Below are positions 45,960 through 59,150 of a stretch of 64,000 nt of DNA, piece after piece; the first letter of the stretch is position 1, and each line of letters opens with the position of its first letter. The DNA comes from Vicugna vicugna (lineage: Eukaryota): the NCBI GenBank assembly GCA_013265495.1, contig MU062282.1, positions 397,823-461,822 on the forward strand, given 5' to 3'. A program made the position numbers and the translations under genes. The notes under the pieces were generated by a model. The model was not told the origin of the DNA. It saw only the letters and a program-made list of their open reading frames with translations, and did not search any database.

Positions 45960-47130
45960 AACCAGTAAGCGCTCCAAATCCCCTCAGTTCCCATCACCCC
46001 AACCTGCTCCTTCTGCTGTCTTTCCAACTCAGTTAACACACCGCCACCCACTCAGTGCCTCAAGCAGAAACCTAGCAGTAGTTCTCTCTTTCTCTTTCTC
46101 TTTTCCCCTCCCCTAAGATCCAATGTCTCTTAAATGCCGTCTGTTCTGCTTCCAAAACGTGTCTCTACTCTCTTCCTTTCTCTCCACCCCTATGGATAAA
46201 ACTCTGGGTGTCACCATCTCGGGCACAGATCACTGCTACAGCTCCCTCCCCTCGCCCCTCTCCAATCCACGTGGCAGCCGGCGTGAGCTTTTTAAAACCT
46301 GAAATGTAATCTTGAACAGATGTTTCATTGCCTTCGATGGCTTCCCAGTATTTTTAGAATACAAGACAGACTCTTTAAGATCTTGTGAGAGCTGGCTGCT
46401 AACTTCTCCTCTAATCTCGGCTAATGCAAAGATTATCTTCCTCCTCACCGTCTTCCAGCCACCTGGCCTCTTTTTTTGCTCCTTCAGGGCACAAAGCCCT
46501 CTCCCCGCCTTGGGGTTTTACAGGTGCTGTTCTCCGCAAATGCCAAAGTGCTCTTGAATCAGCTAGTCTCGAGACCGCTTCCTCCACTTCCCTGAGTTCC
46601 CAGCTGATATACACTCTCCTCCTCGGAAAGACTTTCTCTCACGACCGCTTCTCAAAGTTTCGCAGCCTCAGGACCATTGGCATCTGGGGTCAGATCATTC
46701 TGGGGGCTGGGGCTGTCCTGCGCATTGTACGAGGTTTTTAGCAGCTTCCCTGGCCTTGACTCACTAGTGGCTCTCAGCACTTTCCTCCAAGTCATGACCA
46801 CCCAAAATATCTCAAGGTATTGCCAAATATCCCCTGGGGAGGGGATGGAGCAAGTCACCTACAGTTAAGAACTACTTCCCATCTAGAGTTCCTCCTAACA
46901 GCTATGCTTTATCTCTTAGCCCCGTTGGCTCTTTTTTTTTTTCCGGCATGTTTCACATTCTTTGTAGTTAACAACTGTATTATTATGCGTTGTCATGTTG
47001 CCCTCAAGGATGTAACCTCCAAGAATGAAAGAACTTTGACTATTTTATTCACAGTCTGAGTCCCCAGAAATCAGGAACGTGGAAAATATTCAACAGATTT
47101 TCACCAAATGAATGAAAAATAGTTGATGTT
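45960..47130 (+). mobile_element. L2 fragment interrupted by MER20
   Basis: ccctccaatccac...gagctttttaaaacctgaaatg...; resumes at 46880 to the ttattcacagtctgagtccccag 3' end. Confidence 0.75.
46643..46878. mobile_element. MER20 (hAT-Charlie)
   Basis: gatcattctgggggctggggctgtcctgcgcattgtacgagg...ttgccaaatatcccctgggg...gttaagaactact. Confidence 0.9.
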
Positions 47131-47139
47131 CAGTAAATG

Positions 47140-47320
47140 CTTTCCATCAGCCAAGCTCTGTGTTAGCTGCTTATTTAATGCAGCTAGTGAGGTAGGTAAC
47201 AATGTTATCCCCATTTTCAAGTATGGAAAAGGAAGATTCAGAGAGATCAAGTCATGAAGTGAGTAAGGCACAGAACCAGGATACAAAGCTCTGAGTTTAC
47301 TGAACTGCTGGGTTCTACTG
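47140..47320 (-). mobile_element. MIR SINE
   Basis: gttatccccattttcaagtatggaaaaggaagattcagagagatcaagtc. Confidence 0.7.
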
Positions 47321-47399
47321 CCTCCGTATCTCCAGTGATGAAAATGTCAACGACACAACCTTCCGAACAGGAGGCTCTTGACTCATCTTCTTCCTTCTT

Positions 47400-48200
47400 T
47401 CCTTTCTGTGTCTTATCAGCCCTTCTATCCCACTCATTAGACCTCATAAATGCTACTTAAATTCAGCCCCTCCTCTCCACCTTGTTCCCGTCAAATTCAT
47501 CAAGGTCTGCATGAGTTCACCAGCTGGTACTAGGAACAGCCTCCTGAATCTGGCCTCTACACTGCCAGCCTCTACCCTCTCACTATCACTTCTATATGGC
47601 ACCAGTGTTCACTTCTCCATCGGGTCAGGTCATGCTCTGGTTTTGAAAATGTCTGTTGGCTTCCTGGAACATACAAGATTTAGTCCAAACTATTGAATGT
47701 GACCTTGGGTATTTTATTGATCTCTCTGAACTTCAGTTCTCCATCTATAAGAATGGGGGAAAGAAAATAACCTTTTCAGAGATTTTTTTTAGGATTCATT
47801 GGGACGAGTCAGGTGATCACTTAGAATGGATGCTCAGTGGAGTTGATTTCCTTTCTTCCCAATCTGAACTCAGTCTACTTCTTCTGCTTCCTCTCCAGTC
47901 AATCTCTCTCACTTGTTCTCCTCTACCTAGGGAATTCCTATTTATCCTTCAAGTCACAGTTCAAGGATCTCTGACACTGTCACGTCCTCCTTCCACTGTC
48001 TCTGACAAAGCTGATGACCCCAGGTCTGGAGTCTCAGATCTCTACTTGAGCATTCAACATGTTGTGCTTTCAACACTGAGCTGTCATTATTTGTTTGTAA
48101 ATCCTTCTTCTCCATTAGACTAAGGGCAGGGATCTATGCATTTCCAGACACCTAGCACTAAGCACAGGGCCAAGCACCTGGGACTAGTCAGTAAGCGACT
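47400..48200 (+). mobile_element. L2 fragments with an inserted MIR (47690-47840)
   Basis: L2 ctggtactaggaacagcctcctgaatctggcctc...; MIR tgtgaccttgggt...cttcagttctccatctataagaatggg; L2 end ttagactaagggcaggg. Confidence 0.7.
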
Positions 48201-48219
48201 ACTTTAGATGTAGGAAGAT

Positions 48220-48450
48220 TGCAACACAATTCTAGAACCACACAGACCTGGGAATCAATGCTGGAGCTGCTCCAGATTTGATGGAGAATCTTAGGTGATT
48301 TATGTTTCCTTTCTGGACCTTGATTTTTTTTTCCTCTTAAAAAATAGAAATTGCTATACATTCCTTAGAGGAAATTATAAATAATTAATGTAAAATATCC
48401 AGCATTTGGCCTGACACACAGTTATCATTCAATAAATGGCATGATACTAT
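48220..48450 (+). mobile_element. MIR SINE
   Basis: cagacctgggaatcaatgctgg...ggcctgacacacagttatcattcaataaatgg. Confidence 0.65.
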
Positions 48451-48679
48451 TTCTACCCAAATTTATGAATTACTGTATTCAAGGAAGTTAGCATTTACTA
48501 ATGTACTAGGGAATTAGGAAGCTAAAATACTGATATTATTTGGAAATTATATAAAGTACCATATAACAAGGGCCTAACTATGGCCCAAGATAATAATAGT
48601 TATTATATACTGGTAGGAAAAGGGCCTAGAAAAGTCAGGAGAGACTTCCTGGAAGAGGCAGCATGATAATCTTCAGAAA

Positions 48680-49070
48680 CAGCTGGCACAGATTCCTTCT
48701 CTGCTTATGTATACATGCTGCTCCACCCATCAAGAGATGAAAGTCATTTCTCCCCCATGAAATAAATGCTTACACCAGACAGCTGAATGATGAGATAGCA
48801 CATGGAAAGAGAGAGGTCATGTGAAGGCACACTGAAGGCCCAGAAACATGAGGGAAGCTTCTTGGACTTTCCATTACAACCCAGGCAGCCGAGAGGGCGG
48901 CTGAGTGAAAGACACCAGCCAATGTCGCATGGAGCAGAAGAACCGTCCTGCAGAACTCTGCCCCGATTCCAAAACCACAGAGGCATGAAAAATAATACAT
49001 TGTTGTTGTATTAAGCCACCAAATTTGGGGATTTTTTTTCTTGACAAGCAATAGATCAAAGAAACAGGTG
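48680..49070 (+). mobile_element. MaLR solo LTR (MLT1H-like, internally deleted)
   Basis: catggagcagaagaaccgtcctgcagaactctgccccgattcc...ttaagccaccaaatttgggg...agcaatagat. Confidence 0.85.
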
Positions 49071-49149
49071 GGAATTTGAATATACGTAGGCCTGCCATAA
49101 GAGAGCAGGCATGGTGAGAGAGGTCTTCCAAATAGGGAAATCCAGTGTA

Positions 49150-49450
49150 GTGAGTGCATTCATCTTCACAACTGCTCCAGGCTACCCTCCAGCCTCCCAG
49201 CCCACGACCCCTCACCCTCACCTGATACACTCCAACCAGGCTGAGCTCCTCTCAGGCCGTCTTTCAGCTCCCGGCCTCTGCACCTGCTCTTCCCACAGCC
49301 TCACTCTTTCTGGTCCCCCTTCAGGCCCCTTTTAGGCCTCAAATGTTGCTTCTTTGAGGAACCTTTCCTTTGCCGTGTCCACAACTCCAGCTTGTATCGC
49401 GGTGTCGCTCTTGTTAGTGTGATGACCTTATTTCTTCATTGTGCTGATTA
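49150..49450 (+). mobile_element. L2 fragment
   Basis: cactccaaccaggctgagctcc...ctctgcacctgctcttccc...ggcctcaaatgttgcttctttgaggaacc. Confidence 0.7.
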
Positions 49451-49459
49451 ATTAATTGA

Positions 49460-50370
49460 GGGACGGGAAAGTGCTTACTATAGAATGCAAACTAATTAAT
49501 GAGCAAGGAATAAGGGAATTAGAATATGACGCTTTGCAACCACAGGAATGACTGATCCAGGGACAAATTGTCAATAGATGCTAAAAGGAGTGGGTAAAAT
49601 TTGATGAGGGACAGGATACTTGCACAGCCTCAGAGTATATGCCCTGAAATTATTTATTAATCACAAAAGCTTGAAGTAATTTTGTAATGGAGAAACCTGG
49701 TGTACGTCGCTATGATCAAGTGATCAAAGTTAACGCCAGTAGTGATGGAACAAACCAATGTCATACACCTCCTGAATGGTCACTGAGAAGGACACAGCCT
49801 CACTTGTGTCATAATCGGGCAAAAAAGTATAACGTGAGGAGACAGCTGATCAGCCAAAATTTATGGACGTTCTTACACTATTCAAAATATGTCACTATCC
49901 CGAAGACAAAGGAAAACGGAGGTAGTATTCCAGAGCAAAGATTACAGAGACATGAAAACTAAATGCAGTGCACGACCCTGGATTGAATCCTGAGCCTGAA
50001 AAATATACACTCTACAGGGTGTGACAGGGACATTTGGTGAACCTGTAATAAAGTCTATAAATTGGTAATTATATTATGTGAACACTGAATTTTTCTGATT
50101 TTGACTCGCACTGTGATTACTTGCACAATGAGATGGTTCTTGGCAAACACACTCTGAAGCATTTCATGGTAAATGGGGTGTGATATCTGAAACAAAATGT
50201 TTCTAAAACCTCTATGTACATATATACATATAGAGAGAAAATAATAAAACAAGTCTGGAAATTAACAGTTGGTATTAACAGAAGAGCATGTATAATTTAT
50301 ACTAGCCTTATAACTGGTCTGTAAGTTTAAGATTATCTCAAAATGAAACGTTTGAAAAATAAAATATCAG
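49460..50370 (+). mobile_element. Old L1 3' UTR (L1MC/MD/ME-like)
   Basis: ggagaaacctgg...atcaagtgatcaaagttaac...aaatgcagtgcacgaccctggattgaatcctg. Confidence 0.85.
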
Positions 50371-50379
50371 ATATTTGGT

Positions 50380-51065
50380 AGGTAAAATGCAATGCCATAT
50401 AACTACGCACTCACCAAATTGGCAAAAATGAAAAAGGATGGACATTACCAAGCACTGGTAAGGATGTGGAGCAACTGGAACTCACACTGGTGGAGGGAGT
50501 GTAAATTGTTACCACCACTTCAGGAAACTATTTGGCAGTGTCTTCTGAGGTTCAACAAATCTGTACCCTATGATTCAACAATTTCATGGTGAAATAGAGA
50601 CCTATAAAAATGCATATATATGCATAAGCTACAAAAAATATAGTACATTAGAATGTACTCTAGCATGGATATACTTTACAGCCAAAAAATAGAAACAAGT
50701 AGAAAAACACATTGTTGCATAGTCCTCAAATAGAACACTATACAGCAATGAAAAATGAATTATTTCTACCAATAAAACACAGAATGAATTATACAAAAAT
50801 ATTAAGCAAACTAAATCAAATAAAAATAGTGCAGCCTGTATGACTTTGACATAAAGTTTGAAAACAGGCAAAAACAAACCTGCAGTTGTTAGAAGCCAGG
50901 ATAGTGGTTACCCCTTGTGGCAAGAAGTGAACATGAGAAATACTTCTGGAACTCTGCTAATGCTTTGTTTCCTGATCTGGGTGCTGCTTGCTTAGACGTG
51001 TCCCCTTCAGAAACTCATTGAGCTTTTCCATAATGATTCAGGCACTTTTCTGTATGTAGAAAGGG
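50380..51065 (+). mobile_element. Old L1 (L1ME-like) ORF2 end and 3' UTR
   Basis: ggtaaggatgtggagcaactggaactcacac...agaagccaggatagtggttacccc. Confidence 0.85.
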
Positions 51066-51069
51066 GTGA

Positions 51070-51320
51070 TCATAATAATGCCTAAGAGTTTGTACCATGC
51101 TCTGTTTAAGTGCTTTCCATGAATTCATTCAAACTGGAAAATCAAGAACTGTGTGCTATCAGGTGGCTGTTGTTGCCACACACAACTGTCATATTTGCAA
51201 GTGGAGAAACTGAGGCTTAGAGTGGTTAAGCAACTTGCTGAGGGTCACACAGCCAGAAAGTAGCTGATCAGAACTCAAATCCAGGCAGTCCAGCTGCCTA
51301 CAGAGACAGCATTCCTAGGT
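51070..51320 (-). mobile_element. MIR SINE
   Basis: gagaaactgaggcttagagtggttaagcaacttgctgagggtcacacagc...ctcaaatccaggcagtc. Confidence 0.85.
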
Positions 51321-53449
51321 ACTATGTTCCACTGCATCTTAATGAAGAGCCCTTTGGTGTAGAGAGGCTCCTCTGTGTTCCTTCATCAAAGGGCCTCCTG
51401 AATAAACCCAGGATGTTAGGAATTATGCAAATCAGCTTAAAGAATCAGACTCTGCTAACGTGATAATGAGGCTGATCTTAATGCCACTTCTCAGTCCTTA
51501 TTTGCAAAATTAAGATCTAAGGCGGGGAGGGAAAAACCCACCCCACCCATAAAAGGCAGGGTGGATACCCAAGAGATAAGACAGTCGAGGAAGGGCTAAT
51601 GATCCAATTAAAAAATGGAACTCAGCTCTGTGATGCTTTTTCCAATTACCATAGAATCTGAGCCCTGCAGTACGTTCGCTGCTGCAAGAGGAAGTGTAGG
51701 AGAAAGTGTTTTAAGTTTGTTTTCTTCTACCCGTGGCAGCTAAATTCCTTGAATTATTAATCTGCGGCTTTTTTGCTGTATGTTTTTGGTCTTCCATCCT
51801 GAAGAGAGCTCAGGGATTTTTGCTGAGCAGACTGCAGAATATTTTCCGTCAGTAAATCTTCCCATATTCTGTTAGTTGCACAGAGAGAAAGAGATGGGGT
51901 AACTTTACCAGATTCAGGGGAGGGGGAAACTGGGCAGGGGGAGCCAGGGATTCCCTCAAGAGATAGGAAGGGGGTGAAGATGGAGAATGAGGGTCCGCTG
52001 AAGAGTGGGAACTTTGGTCTGTGCAGGAGCAGCACGTGGGACATCAGGACAGGCTATAAGGAGCCCCTCAGGGACCCTCAGCCCTACCGAAGGGTCTTGG
52101 GCTCTGAGCTTCAAATAGAAGCAGAAGGTCCACAGACCAATGCATCTCAGCAGCGGGTCTCCTACAAATAAGCGTTCGATGCAACAAATACTAAGGATAA
52201 ACCAGGGATGAGGATGCGCAATGTTGACTGAAGTTAATTTTTTACCAGCCTTGCAGTTTGAGGGTTTGGGGTGAGTTGTAATAAGGAAGACAAAGAGCTG
52301 TATTTCTTTTGCACTTGAGTCTGGGGATTTAGAAGCACTTCTCCTCCATATGAAACAAGTAGAAACTGCCCCACATGGGCTCCAAAGAGCATTTTGCATC
52401 GAGGAAAGATCACTTGCATGGAAAGCATGTTTTCTCCCCTGCTTTTCCTGGCGGCTGCTTCCTAATTCCCCCAGCCCCACTCTGCCGTGACAAGCAGGGC
52501 TGGATACGACTACACGTTCCCTTTCCTTGACCTTGGGGTCTGATTGCTCATGAATTTCTGATATTAATATTTCTGTCAGGCAGGGCTGTTTTAAGATGAC
52601 TTTGAGTTTTAACAAAACTGAATTAAACATTCAACCAAGAGTATCTCCCTCTTGTGAGGAAAAGATATGATTGAAACATGTGTGGGGACTGCTGTTACCA
52701 TCCCATGTTACCAACCAGGTACATCAAGCCAGGGGATTTAAATGTACCTGGAAGCCCACCGTTACGGCTACCAGGGACAGCACAGATCTATTCAAGCACA
52801 GAACTGGGTAAAATATGAGAATCATCATGGAAGCTGGTGCTATTAGCCCAGATGTGTAGAAGGCTTGCGGTGATGGTAATTACACATCATTAGTGCCTTT
52901 GCAGAACGCCAGCAGGAGAGGAAAATCCACCCCGTGCAGGTGAACACATAGCATCGTGGTGGCAATTCATCACCTTCGGAGCTCTGGGAAAAGTGCCTCC
53001 TTCCCCAGGAACTATTTTCTGCAGGCATGAGGATGCTGGAAGGTTCAGTGAAGGGTAATTGGCTAACAGAGAATATGGCTGCTGTCTGGATACCAGAGAA
53101 GGTGGTGTGAGCAGAGTGTCAAAGCTGGGTAGCAAGACAGGATGTCTCGATTAAAAATGAAGAGTGTCAGCAGGTGTAGGTGAACATCACTTGCAAATCC
53201 TTTCAAAAATCTGCAGCCTTTGTGCTGAGTGAGAGAAATGAAGGGGCTTGGAGCCGCAAGGCAGCGATTCTCTGGCATTTCTGGCTGGATGTGTTTGTGT
53301 GGATGATCTAAGCAGCCCGGCCTTTGGAGAGACAGCATTTGGAGCGTTGACGTGGCAGCATCACCTATGTGGAAATTCAGCTCATCGGACAGAGCTCGCT
53401 GGTGAAAAGTTGAGAGCTTTGACGAGGACCATAGGACTATGTTGACAAA

Positions 53450-53700
53450 GGGATGGTTAATGGTTAAGTCTGGATGCTCTAAGTAGGCAAGATTGGAATC
53501 CCAGATCCCTCATTTATTGGTTCTGTGACCTTGGGTAAATGACTTCAACTCCCTGAACCTCTGTTTCTTCATCTATAAAATGATAACTTCTCTCAAAAGA
53601 GTATCGTGAGGATTCACTGGGCTACACATGTCTAAGCACACGGCACTGCACCTCACACGTGGTACATGCCCACAGGTGTTGGCTATTATTCTTACTAGGA
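53450..53700 (+). mobile_element. MIR SINE (near full length)
   Basis: tggttaagtctggatgctc...ctgtgaccttgggtaaatgacttcaactccctgaacctctgtttcttcatctataaaatg. Confidence 0.9.
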
Positions 53701-53713
53701 GAATGTCAGGGTG

Positions 53714-54432
53714 TGTGACATAGTGAGCCATATACAATATTTGGTCTCTGCCCCCAGTTCCTGACGCAGAGCTCCTAAGTCCCTTGGCATTTCCCAGGCT
53801 GATGGAAATGTCTTTGGTTCTAAGAAGGTAACTCTTGATGGGCTGGGTCCTGGATATCTTCAGGATGGGGGCTGGTCACCAGAAAGACCAAGTTTTCAGC
53901 CCCATCCCCCATCCTCCAGCGAGAGTGAGTTAAGGATGGGTCATGGCTATGGGATGACGCCTATGTGAAAATTCAAGCTGATAAACACAGCCACGCTGCA
54001 GGAGGGTGGCGCTCCCCAGCTCCACAGGGATAGGAGCTCCTACGCTCGGGAACTTTTTAGACCTCACCGTATATAACTTTTCTTCTGGCTAGTTATCTCT
54101 ATCCTTTATCACAGTCTTTATAATAAACCAGTAAACACAAAGTGTTTCTTTGAATTCTGTGAACCATTCCATATAGGAGTGGGGTGTGAGAACCTCCAAT
54201 TTATAGCCAGTTGGTCAGAAGTACAGATGACAACCTGGAACTTGCCACTGGCTCTAAATTGGAGGCCGAGAGGTGGGCAGTCTCGTGGGACCGAGCCCTC
54301 CGTCTGTGGGACCTGCGCTAACTCCAGGTAGCTAGCATCAGAAATGACTTGGAGGACACCTGGTTGGTGCCAGGAGAACTGAGGAATTGGTTGGTGTGGG
54401 GAAAATCCTGACACAATTGATGTCAGAAGTGT
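53714..54432 (+). mobile_element. MER21B/C-like solo LTR
   Basis: atatttggtctctgcccccagttcctgacgcagagctcctaa...gggggctggtcaccagaaagaccaag...aataaaccagtaaac. Confidence 0.9.
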
Positions 54433-54789
54433 CCTATAAGTAGATGAACAGTTTTTCTTAAGAGTGACTTCCTGGCGGTTTGTGGCTCTGTTGACATGAA
54501 AAGCGCCAAGACAAAAGGAGAGGTGTGGGAACCGGAGGGCAGCTATAAATATACTCTCAGTTTCCTTAAGCTTCATCAGCTTGAGGGGCAAATAAGGTCA
54601 CAAATAGAAATAATTTGTATTTCCCTGGCTCTTGATTTCAAATGTAAAATCCAGGCTCTCTGGACCCACGTTAATGTTTCACATGGTCCCTTGACTTCTC
54701 CCTGCAGCAGCCCCCTCCCAGTGGGGTCCCACCCATGAAAGAAGGTACAGAAACAAGTTAATGGGGCCAGGTAAGGGGCAAGCATCACA

Positions 54790-54960
54790 ACAGAAGCTAA
54801 GGTGTATTGAACACTTACTCTGTGCAGGGCAGCAGGCTAAGCCCCAAGCGTGCCACACTGAACCCTAAAATTATCCTCATTTTGTGAATATGCAAAAGAA
54901 GCCCCAAATGTTTAAGCAACTGGCACAACATCATAGAAATTGAAAGTGGGACCAAGAATG
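54790..54960 (-). mobile_element. MIR SINE
   Basis: gtattgaacacttactctgtgc...attatcctcattttgtgaatatgcaaa. Confidence 0.6.
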
Positions 54961-56959
54961 TCTGGCCCCAAAGCCAACAGACTTCATGACTGTGTTGCTC
55001 TCTCTCCGTCCCCTGTGTATAAACCACCTTCTCAATTGACCGTAACAGCTCTATCGCCATCCTGGAAATCAGCTCATTCAAACAGATACCTGATGGGCCC
55101 ATAGACATCCTCAGATGCCTTCAATCCAAGTGGGAGCCAGAATTAGGCTCAAAATGAACCACCACATCCCCTTGACATTAATCAGGACATTCATAAACAA
55201 TGCAGGAATTGCAAATGAGCTGACAGCCCAATGACTTTGCCCCAAATCCAAAAGATGGTATTAAAAAGAAAAAAAAAAAGGTAATAGACTTAGAGCAGTC
55301 TGCAGGGTGGAGGGGCCATTAATATACGATAAATAATGGTAGTGAGGTGGGTGAGAGCAGGCTCAGAAATTCTCCCTTGCTTATTGAAAGAGGTATCTTT
55401 TGGGTTCACATTTATAATGCATATGACCGCATATGGATGAATTATAAGTGTGTGTTTTCCTTAAATACCAAACACTGGCTGCTCCTCCTCCCTGATGCAA
55501 AATAAAGAAATAAATAAAGTCAAAAAGGGATGAATAGAGATTCTGTTTACCTTCCTATTACCAAAGAGAACACCTCATCGCAGGGAGGGAACTCTGAGAC
55601 CAACTGTCTGTCCCAGCTCCGTCCTCTTGCCTATGAGAAAACCTGCCCACTAGGACATCAGGGTCTCACATGATCTGAAATCCAAACACACTAGTGGAGC
55701 CAAATACATTTTAATTGACTCCTTACCACAGACAGCTCTAATCAAGGTCTGGGTCCTCTGTTCAAAGCCAACAACTGATTAGCCTTAATGATGAATGGAC
55801 ACGGAATCCTAATTCGTATCGATTCCAGCTTCAGGCCTTTGCTGTTGTTTCAGTCCTGAACTTGCACAGTTCTTGTCCATATTACAAGGCAGTATTGATT
55901 GTTTTCCTTCTTCAGCTGGAGCACCGCTTGGCCTATCTTTTGAGGAGAGATTTTTTTGGAAGGTCGTTTGAAACCATTAGGACTGCATATGATGCCCCTA
56001 GATAAACAGAATAAGTATGTTCTAGGACAAGGAAGGAAACCGTAGAGGAGCTGGGGGAATCCCAGAGCAGAAGGACCACTGCCTCTTCCCCAGGAATCCA
56101 TACAATTTATAGAGAAGCTCCTTGTCCAACATGGTGCCCAAGCCATAGAGACAGAGAGACTGAGGGGGCTGTCTGGGAGGACAGGAGTGAGAGCAGTCCT
56201 GTAAATCCTGATCGCACCAGAGTGGTGTGGGGAAAGCAGTCGGGAGCTCTCAATCTCCTGAGAGAGGCACGGAAGTGGCGGTGAGAACCAAGAGATCAAA
56301 AATGTCTTCCTGGTTGGGGGCCGAGGATGTGGACGTTTTGCCCTGAAAACCAAAGGCCACTGGAGACCCATGGTCAGCAACAGCACAAACAAAGGGAATA
56401 CACAGCGACCCGAGGCGGAGACAGCGGAGGATGACACCTCTCCCCAGGGGCTGGCGTGCCCCGCAGCCAGGTCTTCACATCAGAAACTCCGAGCACCGCT
56501 GGTGAGAAGGACAGAGAGGAATTCGAGGGAGAGGGGATCTTGGCTCGACTGAGTAGTGTCCAAAGGAGACTGACTTATAAGCCACAAGTGATTTCATTTC
56601 CTCTAATTCAATTTTCCAGTGCACAGTGCGAGTGAGTGCTTGAGAGTGAAATTAAATTCAGTTAGAGGAGAATACAGCTCCATTTTCACCCGTCTGAGTT
56701 TTGTGACTGGGAAAAAACCTGCTGCATAAACTAAGCTCCTGATACAACGTCTGGCTTAATAACTCTTGGCTGCTGTAACCACTGTTACTATTAATGTTAC
56801 TGTTGTTACCATTATTATCGTACTGTGAGCTTCCGGAAGCAAGTGTAGTATCTTCTGTTTCTGTAGCTCTAATGTTTATTACAGAACAGTTTCCTCAGTA
56901 CACATTTGTTGCCTAAATGCCTCAAAACCTGAACTTAACTCAGCGAGCCCTCGATGCTG

Positions 56960-57150
56960 TCATCTGTAAAAACTGATGTCCAGGTGGCACCTCCACTGGC
57001 CTCAGTTCCTGAGTGACTGATGAGAGAATTCCAACAGCCAGTGTTAGACATAGAGCAGGAGTAAGAAATACATTTCCATTGTGTTAAACCACTGAGATCT
57101 GAGGGTTGCTTGTTACCATAGCATAACCCAGCTCACCCTGACTGATACAA
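56960..57150 (+). mobile_element. MaLR LTR 3' part (MLT1J-like)
   Basis: gtaagaaatacatttccattgtgttaaaccactgagat...ttgttaccatagcataacccagctcaccctgactgataca. Confidence 0.8.
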
Positions 57151-57169
57151 ACTAAAATGTGAAAAATTC

Positions 57170-57350
57170 AAGAGGAAGTACTTAGTTTGTGACATGCTAT
57201 TTATATCTTTTATGAATTTAGTTTGCACTATTCGTATTTTATAGTCAATGAATCTGAAACTCAATGACAGTAAATAGTTTATCTAAGGCCACACAGCCAG
57301 TAAAAGGCAGGACCATCTGAGTCCAGAATCCTAGAATTTTCCGTTACACC
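57170..57350 (-). mobile_element. MIR SINE
   Basis: gaaactcaatgacagtaaatagtttatctaaggccacacagccagtaa. Confidence 0.6.
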
Positions 57351-57639
57351 GGACTGTCCTCAGATTAATCCCTGCTTATACCTACTTCTCAACTCTGCAT
57401 TTTACTTTGAATTTCACTGGAGATAACTGTTGGATTTATGTTCCTTTCCACTTCTCCAAGCAGTCCCAAAGTAAGGTTTGGGGTAGGGTATAAAGAAAGA
57501 TAGATGGCAGCTGAAAGAAATCCCAAGTAGAAATGAAAAATCATTACTGTCAAATTTGGGGTGTATGTCACCAGTCGAGTGTAACATGGGGAAAAAACTC
57601 TGATGGAGAAATGAACAATGTCTTGTTTTCTTGTAGGCT

Positions 57640-58310
57640 GGGATAGAATTAAAAAGAATGATAGAAATATTGGCAAGGATGTGGACCAGCTAGAACTCCC
57701 TCATGTTGCTGGTGGGAATGTATTAAATTACTCTGGAAAACAATTTGGCTGTTTCTAATAAAATTAAATATACCTCTACCCAATAACCCTGAAATTTAAA
57801 TTCTAGGATTAGACCCAAGAGAAATTAGTACATACATCCACAAAATAATTTGTACAGGATTGTTCATAGAAGCTTAATTCATAATAGTCCTAAACCAGAA
57901 AAAAATTCAAGGTCTTTGAAAGGAAAATAAATAATGGAGGTATATTCATATAATAGAATACTAATCATCAATTAAAAAGTATGAATATGAAAAAACATAA
58001 TAACATGGATTATTTTCAAAAACATTATGCTGAGCAAAGACACTAGATACAAAAGAGTTTTTACTTTATGATTCAGTTTATATGAATAGCAAAAACAGGC
58101 AAAGCTAATCTATAGTGATTAAGGTCAGGAAATGGTTACATCCAAAGGTGGGGGCACTGACTGGGAAGGATCATGAGGGATTTTCCTCAGATGCTGAAAA
58201 TGCTCTATAACCAGATCTGGATGGTGGTTACATAAGGAATATTACTTGTGCATAAAGATGTGTGCATTTTACTCTCTGTAAGTTATGCCTCAAAATACAC
58301 AAAATAATAA
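57640..58310 (+). mobile_element. Old L1 (L1ME-like) ORF2 end and 3' UTR
   Basis: ttggcaaggatgtggaccagctagaactccctcatgttgctggtgggaatg...ggcaaagctaatctatagtg. Confidence 0.85.
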
Positions 58311-58949
58311 AAAAAAATTAAGAGAGGACGATAAAAATCGTATCTGCATCTTAAAAGGGCAAGCAGGGCTTTTGGGTCCTGGAGGTTTGGGCAGCAGAGG
58401 GGAATTGTTCTGGAGTTAGAACAGGGAGGAAGAGATCCACGCCTGGGATGGCAGGACCGGGAGACTAGGAATGGGGATTCTGTAAGGGATGGAGCAGCAT
58501 CGTGACTCCTCGGTGACAACTGCTTGTGAATGAGATGAATAACTCGAGAGTGTAGGGTGGGCATCTGTGGTTGAGTCTGTGGTCCATGGAGATGATGCTC
58601 AGAAGGACATTTCTGCATCATCCAGAACAAATGGCATGGAGCCAGCTCTCCACAGCATCTAGACACAGCTGGAAAAGCACCATGAACAGTGACATCTCCA
58701 GGAAGATCAAAAGCAAGCCTTGCTTCACTTTTTAAATACTTCCCACGTCCCAAGATACTTGCATAACCCCAAGAGCGAGGAAGGGTTCTCTAGGAATGAC
58801 ATATTAAATTTCTCATCAAAACTTGTGGGTTAAGGCTGAAAGCCAGAGTGAGTTGTCCCTATTCATTCTTAAGTGTTACGGAAACACCAAAGTCAGCCAT
58901 CCTGAAGTTCGCTGTGAATGGCACTTTATCTGAAAGGGGAATCAAATTT

Positions 58950-59150
58950 AACTTCCTTGTGTCCGGAACACTCAGCTCCCAGCCCGTTCCAGTCACTCGT
59001 TGCTGCATAACCCTGAGCAAGTCCCTGCCCCTCTCTGAGACTCAGTGGTCTCACCTGGAAAATGGGGATCTCCTCCTCCCTCACAGAGTTTTTGTGAGGA
59101 TGAAATGAGAAAATATGTTATATAGGCAGCCTGCACAGATCAGTCGCTTG
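58950..59150 (+). mobile_element. MIR SINE
   Basis: accctgagcaagtccctgcccctctctgagactcag...gaaaatgggg...gtgaggatgaaatgaga. Confidence 0.85.

Noticed and set aside
51956-52630. 224-aa minus-strand ORF
   Set aside because: Non-ATG start and no domain similarity; typical of a random open frame.
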